Assembly: GCA_039096225.1 (NCBI GenBank)
Contig: JBBPEB010000025.1
Coordinates: 620,001-684,000, forward strand
From: Blastocystis sp. Blastoise
Taxonomy: Eukaryota; Protista; Bigyra: Opalinata
Reading direction: 5' to 3'
Length of the DNA stretch: 64,000 bases
The position numbers and the translations under genes are program-made. The notes beneath the pieces are model-generated. The model ran no database searches. It saw only the letters and a program-made list of their open reading frames with translations, and was not told where the DNA came from. Positions 56,937 to 64,000 of this stretch are shown in pieces. Numbering within the stretch: position 1 is the first letter of the stretch; every line of letters begins with the position of its first letter.

Positions 56937-57736
56937 ATGGGTAATTGTATGTGTATTGATCCTACAAAGAATCCGTAAATTATATTATTGAAAACATTTA
57001 TTAATAATAAAAAATAGGAAAGTATATGAACTCATTCATGATTGATTTTTTAGTCTTAGTATGTAATTGTTCATAATCAAAAAATAAGAACATATAATCT
57101 GGCTCCAATGATTCATGGAGAATCTTTAAATAAAGATGGTACAACAATGTATTGTGATTTCTGTCCTATATGCTATGAAGTACTTATATTATATATATGA
57201 GAAGTCAAACATTATTATAATTATTATATTTATTATTTTTTTATTAGTTGTTATTATTATGTTCATTATTATATAGAATTATATATTTGGATTAAATAAT
57301 ACAAATTGTTGTGACCAACATATATGTACAAATTGTTATATAGATTTATTAAATGATCAATATAATAAATATCTTTTTCATTATTATCTATATATATATG
57401 CATTGAATATCTATTTCTTAATAATAATATGTGTCCATTTTGTTTACATTCTCCGTTGGTAATACATTTCACTCCTTTAAATAAACAGAACAAATCAAAT
57501 ATAAATATAGAGAAGAAATCAAATGAAACAAAATATGTATATTGTTTTATATAGAGTATATATATTTATATATAGGCATTGTCAACACATAAAAGTGAGA
57601 AATTAGTCAATGAAATAGATGATACTATTACTATTAGTATATATATATTATTATTATTTATTAGGATATTATTATTATTAATATATTTATTCTATTATAT
57701 ATATATAGTATCAACACTCCCAAATGGAGATATACA

Positions 57737-57822
<86 letters not shown>

Positions 57823-57869
57823 TTATATCAATAGATCCATTACGGTTAATACCTTCTCAAGGAATATAA
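56937..57869 (+). CDS. SIP5/GW2(DA2)-like RING finger protein with N-terminal MGNC acylation motif; possibly degenerate
   Basis: Absent from the ORF track. Spliced product MGNCMCIDPTKNP...NLAPMIHGE...CPICYE|NYIFGLNNTNCCDQHICTN|CIEYLFLNNNMCPFC. The model needs a 4-nt microexon and two non-canonical junctions. Confidence 0.6.
57740..57820. repeat. (TA)n microsatellite
   Basis: Seen directly. Similar tracts at about 24510-24591 and 59881-59940. Confidence 0.95.
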
Positions 57870-58251
57870 ACAAAGAGTTATTATATCTTCTTATATATAT
57901 AAATATAGAATGATAAATATAATAATAAAAAGTACTAATAAAGTTTAATATAAATCTATTATATACTGTTTATTTTCATTAATAGTGTTTCTCATTATAC
58001 AAGCATATGTTTTTCCAGTTATTTTTTTATTTATAAAAAAGTGATGATTTCAATTATATAGTCAAATTAGTCTGGAAAACAAATAAACCAGATATTGAAT
58101 TCTGTTATGAAAAGTTCTATTTAAAAAAGAAAAGAAAACTATTATAAAGCAATATAATAACAACTGACAACAATAATTAATTTAATTAAATGTGTGACAC
58201 AAAACAATATATATTTTATTAAAAACTAATTAAATTAAAATAAAATAATAT

Positions 58252-58567
58252 CTAGAAGAATGTAGCATAAACAACAAAAAAGAATAAAATAGCAATAATA
58301 ACTTGAGTATTGTTCATTAAGAATTCTTTAAATAAAGTGAAATCATATTTTAATTTTTGAAAAAAAGTCATAAAAGATCTGGAGTCAATCAATTGATAAT
58401 CATATGGTTTTATATTATATTCTTTTCTGACTTGAGAGAGTAGTTTTTTCAAGAAAGTCGACAGCACCTGATAATCACATGCTTTTGCACTGTGTAATAA
58501 ATCATTATCCTATATATATACAATCATTAATAATAATATATATAATAATAATATATATAATAATAAC

Positions 58568-58620
<53 letters not shown>

Positions 58621-59466
58621 TAATAATATATATATATATATACTTCATCAGGATCCTCATTAAGGTTATATAATTCCCATTCGGATTGTTCTATATCAAT
58701 TTTCATATACATACGACCTTCCTTAATAGATCCTACACTCTCTAATATATATGCAACATCTCTTTTCCCGGGCTCACTCCAAAAGGCGGGATCGTCAAAA
58801 TAATGAACCAATTTATAACATGTAAATAGATTAGCTATATTATTTATATAATAAATAGAATAATAATAAGAATGATAAATAGAATAATAATAAGAATAAT
58901 AAATAGAATAATAATAATAATAATAAATAGAATAATAATAAGAATAATAAATAGAATAATAAATAGAATAATAAATAGAATAATATTAGAATAATAAATA
59001 GAATAATAAATAGAATAATAAATAGAATAATAATAAGAATAATAAATAGAATAATGATATACTTTTAGAATCATTGATTCGTACAACAATTGCCTCCACA
59101 TGTTCCGCGCCAAATAATGTAATTGGATAATTTGACTATATACATATATATATATATATAAAGAATAGAATAGAAACTGAGTAGAACACAACTCTCTCTC
59201 TATATATATACTTGTATAAATCGTCCATATAAAGAAGGGATCATTAAATCGTTTCCTTTATATATATATCGTTCTATCATATCATTACTTTTCATATAAA
59301 TAACATCAATAATATTACCTTCGAGAAGATCATTGGACAATTTTAAATTGTATTTCAAACGAGAGAACAATGAAGAACATAATTCATGTCCGTAAATATT
59401 CTCAAGGTTTCTGTAGTGCGTCATAAATTGATCTTTTAGTAATTTATTCACAGAAAAATTTATAGA

Positions 59467-59508
<42 letters not shown>

Positions 59509-59878
59509 TACTAATGTTCCTTCTTTTTCTTCTTCTCTTTTTCTTTCTTCTTCTTTCTCGGTGATATTCTTCGAAATTTCGTCTTTTTTCTTCTCAATAA
59601 TATCTTGCACCCAATCTCTGTATTCTATATAAATCTTACTTAAATCTCTTCCCGGGAGAGGATGGGATTGGCGGTAAGTATGAGAAAGCGTACGTCGAAT
59701 TAATTCTTTATCAATACCTGCTAAACCAAGTAAAGTTGGGAATATATCAATAGAACTCGTAAGAAGAGAGGAATCAGGTAAGAAGATCGATTGATATCCC
59801 TTTATAGATGGAGGTATATACATGTAACATGGGATACGACACGAATCTTCATAAGCATTATGATAACTACCCCATAAA

Positions 59879-59945
<67 letters not shown>

Positions 59946-60985
59946 AATTAATATATAATAAAATGAGTAATATATAATAAATTAGATTAACATATAATAA
60001 ATAGAGTAATATAAAAATAAATAAAGTAATATATATATATACCTCTATTACCAATCATATTACCACAATCCGAAGTAATAACAACAATTGTGTCATTTCT
60101 ATAACTGGTTGTTAATACTTCATTTAATATTCTTCCTATACATATATCAATATCTTTCATTCTATTTAAGTATTTTAATCGTTGAGACATTAGTTTTAAA
60201 TAATAATCACAATATTCTTTGAAATATCGTTGACCACGCGGCTGACAATAAGAAGGTTTTTGGGGGAGAATTGTTTTCAAAGAATTCCTTTTCTTTGTCA
60301 CGTGACTAGCACGTGAAGTATCTGAAGAAGATATGGATTCTGGTGTATGCAGATTCTTAATATTTCCGTGCGAGAAATTAAATTCTTTAGAAATATCTAT
60401 AGAGTGTGATGGATTGATGGAATTATATAAGTGTTATAATAAAAACAATAGATATATATAGATATTTATAATAAAAATAGTATTTTAGATAATAATAATA
60501 TATATATATAGGTATTTATAATAAAAATAGTATTTTAGATAATAATATATATATATAGGTATTTATAATAATAATATTTTAGATAATAATATATACCATC
60601 AGATATTACAGTTTTCTTTGATTTTGATGAGAATTGACTTGTTTCCTTTGTATTTCTCATGTTTTCTTTAGAATCTATCGAGAAGTCTTGGTCATTCTCT
60701 GTGATATCTTCACTTTCTGTATCCGTATTAAACTCAATGACAGCGTCAATTTCAGAGTCGCTATATGCTTGGTATTCATTATGTTCTGTTCTATTGGTAT
60801 AAGCAGCTTTATAGTAACTGGCATCAGGAGAAGAATCGCGGGGATGACGAAAGGAGGGAATGGGAGATGACGCATAGAGGGATGGGACTAGTGAGGGACT
60901 AGATAAGACAGAAGAGAATGATGCAGGAATAGTAGTATTAGTATTAACAGGAGGAGATTCTATAGTAGTAGCATGAATAATAGAC

Positions 60986-61032
<47 letters not shown>

Positions 61033-61375
61033 TAAAGGTATAATAGTTTGTTTAGAGAATGAAGGATGTCGAGAAGGAGATGTATATAAAGAGAGAGAAG
61101 GAATAGAAGAAGGAGAAGATGAAGAAGAAGAAGGAGAATAAACAAAGGGTGGAGAAACGGATTGAATAGGGGATAAAGTCGTTCTTGGGGAGTGAGGAGG
61201 TGTTCTAGAACGAGGCGAGGGTATAGGAGACGTAGGAGGAGACCTTGAAGATAGGGGATGAAGAGGAAGGAATGTAGGATCTAATATATCATCTATATAT
61301 ATAATAGAAAACACATGAATAAAAATGAATAAAATAATGAATATAATAATGATAAAAAATAAGTATATACTAATG

Positions 61376-61430
<55 letters not shown>

Positions 61431-62378
61431 CCAAGATCTTTAGCAATAGGGTCAATAGATCGACTTCTGTTACTCCTCATATTATCTTTTGTATTTCGTT
61501 CACTACATGCACGACTGAATGATAATCTCTGTTTTCGTGGAGATGTTGCCATATTCCCGTGAGAATTGTAGCCGTATGTATGAGGATTAAATATAGGCTC
61601 TCCAATAGGAGGACATTTACTATATAATATATAATTATATAATAAAAAAAAATAATAAATAATAAAAAAAAAAATAATAAATAATAAAAAAAAATAATAA
61701 AAAAAATAATAATAATACTAATAATACTATACAGGAATGCTTCATTTGGTTCTAGAACATCTTCGGGTCCTGAGAGGGTGACGAAGAGGGCCCAAGGGGG
61801 AGTGAGAGACCCTCGTTGTAACTCATTCTCATGAACTTGATTTCTTCGTTTTATATAATGAATAGCTTGCTCTGTTACTTCAATATCACGCTCATAACTA
61901 AAAATGAGATGATAATATGTATATTTATTAAAAAAAATGAAACTAGAATAAATTGACAAACAAAATGAGATCATAAATGAAAAACTAATAAATATATAAA
62001 TATATAAAACAATATATAAATAATAAATAAACAACTATAGATTTGTGTTGTGATAATGATTAAAATGAATAATAACAGATATAATACAAAGAGTAATAAC
62101 AGTATATATACCCATAAGTAGCTCCTTTGGCAGGTTCCCATTGGTTAAATCCAAACGGTTTGAGATCTGTGATAATATCTTCAAATATATGGAGAGGAAA
62201 GGAGGGAGATGAAGGAGCAGAAACATAGAGATCGCTTAATTCCCAATTACCCTATAGACAACGTATAATCAATATAATCAATAAATATAATAAATATAAT
62301 AATTGTTAATAAATAAATATCAGTAATGAATATTATATATAAAATAGAATTAATATTTTTAATATTAAAAAAAAAACA

Positions 62379-62417
<39 letters not shown>

Positions 62418-62865
62418 AAAAATAAATAATAATAATGACAAACATACATATTCTAAACATATTATGAAATAAATATAAATAAATAAATAAATAAATAAAA
62501 TAAATAAATATATATACTTTATAGATGACATCATAATGAGCTTGTTGAAGATAGTGTCCTATCGTAGGACACTCATTCACTTTTAAATATGTATGATTAC
62601 AATAAGTGACATTTTTAACACCCCAATTTGTTTGTGTTACACCATGTACACTTGGCATCTGACCTGTAAATAACGTCGCACGTGCAGGATGTATACCGTA
62701 AGCAGCGGTATAATGATGAGGAAATCGTAAACTATGGCGGGAAAACCAGGATAAGAAAGGGAGGGAAAATGAGCGGGAAGAAATACGTCTATATATAAAT
62801 ATATAAATAATAAAGGGTGGCATAAATATATAAACATATAAATAAAAAAATTATATAATACATAA

Positions 62866-62944
<79 letters not shown>

Positions 62945-64000
62945 ATATAAACATATATATTATCTACATATATAATATATTCTATATATAAAAAAGTATA
63001 CACTTCTTTCTTTCCTTGTTTATTTCGTAAAGTATCTGTTTCCCGTGGGAATTCCTTTCCTTGTATACGTCGACGTAGAGTAGAGGCTGTAAGCGATGAT
63101 TCTGAAGATGTAGATTCACGGGGATCTGATGATTTAGTATCAAGTAATATAGATGAAGAAGTTATATTCTTATTTATAGAATTATTTTTATTTTTCTTGG
63201 ATAATCTACGAGTAACATGGTTCTTTTTTATTTTATTTGATTTTGAAGTGATATATTTTTTATTATTATTATCATTATCTTCTTCTTCTTCTTCATCATC
63301 ATCTTCTTCTTCACTGAAATTATCTTCTGTTTTATGATTATTATCTGATTTCTATATATATTTGAATTATATATATTATAAGTAATAAATATATATATAT
63401 ATAATAATATGAATAATAATAATAAACAAAAAATAAATAATAATAAATAATAATAATAATAAATAATAATAATAAATAATAAAAATAAATAATAAAAAAA
63501 TAATAATAATATACTTGAGAATAATGATATTTCATATGCATCTTATTTTTATTAAGTATATTATTATTTTCAAGATTATTATCAATAGGAGTTAATGATG
63601 ATAAAACAGGAAAATCATCATTATTATCGGATCGACTTATTATATCTTCAATTAATTTAGCATTTAAACCACTTACTGTAATAAATAATATATTCGGATG
63701 AATATCATCTATGCCAAGAGTATCATCGTTAGTATTAATTTGTTTTAAAAACACATTTAATTGTTGTAATAAAGTAGAAATATATAAACATGCTGTTTCT
63801 AATCCTAATTGTTGAAGGGCTTTACGATTCTTAGAATAAAAGGCGAAATATTCATTCTAATCATATTATAAATTTAAGTATAAAATTAAAAATATAAATA
63901 AATAATAGAAAATACCTTTAATGAAGTAAATGATGAAAAAAGTTGAGCATAAAACGTTTGTTTTGGTTTTTGTTTTTTTGTTTTTAAATATTTTTTAAAT
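58252..64000 (-). CDS. Sulfatase-superfamily protein lacking catalytic residues, with large low-complexity insertions and a C-terminal TM helix; 5' end beyond the window
   Basis: HPNILFITVSG, HYTAAYGIHPARATLFTGQMPSVHGVTQT, PTIGHYLQQAHY, TIVVITSDCGNMIG, AYEDSCRIP, LTSSIDIFPTLLGLAG, PLPGRDLS and WELYNLNEDPDE. Confidence 0.85.

Noticed and set aside
57369-57400. U12-type (ATATCTTT) minor intron
   Set aside because: No U12 branch point and no AC terminus. A larger intron starting at 57335 gives a better RING domain.

Overview
Very AT-rich, gene-dense eukaryotic nuclear DNA (roughly 20% GC by eye) with many spliceosomal introns, read in the standard genetic code. A mitochondrion-targeted phosphoglycerate mutase, bacterial-type nitroreductase and sulfatase-like genes, and ~40-nt 5' introns suggest an anaerobic stramenopile of the Blastocystis/Proteromonas group (inference). 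About 22 protein genes can be rebuilt by manual splicing: CHL1/DDX11 (partial), CWC27, BRE1, nitroreductase, ACSBG-type acyl-CoA ligase, GnT-I, NOG1, an SCP2-like protein, TAP42, p23, an RRM protein, PGAM, PTC7, histone H3, a RING-H2 protein, CDKAL1, NAA35, a SIP5/GW2-like RING protein, a sulfatase-like protein (partial) and several hypotheticals. Most ORF-track entries are intron microsatellite artefacts. Highlights: (1) a single 782-nt PGAM intron holds six box C/D snoRNAs, four of them tandem copies of a dual-guide RNA predicted to target two peptidyl-transferase-centre sites; (2) introns typically run GTATATAT...ATATATAG (self-complementary ends, no +5G), fill with strand-biased microsatellites and lengthen away from the promoter; (3) an H3 variant with G33Q/G34N; (4) a sulfatase homolog lacking its catalytic residues; (5) a CDKAL1 with a duplicated Cys motif instead of a membrane anchor; (6) a 142-bp Mutator-like MITE. 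Gene coordinates come from manual splicing and may be off by a few bases.
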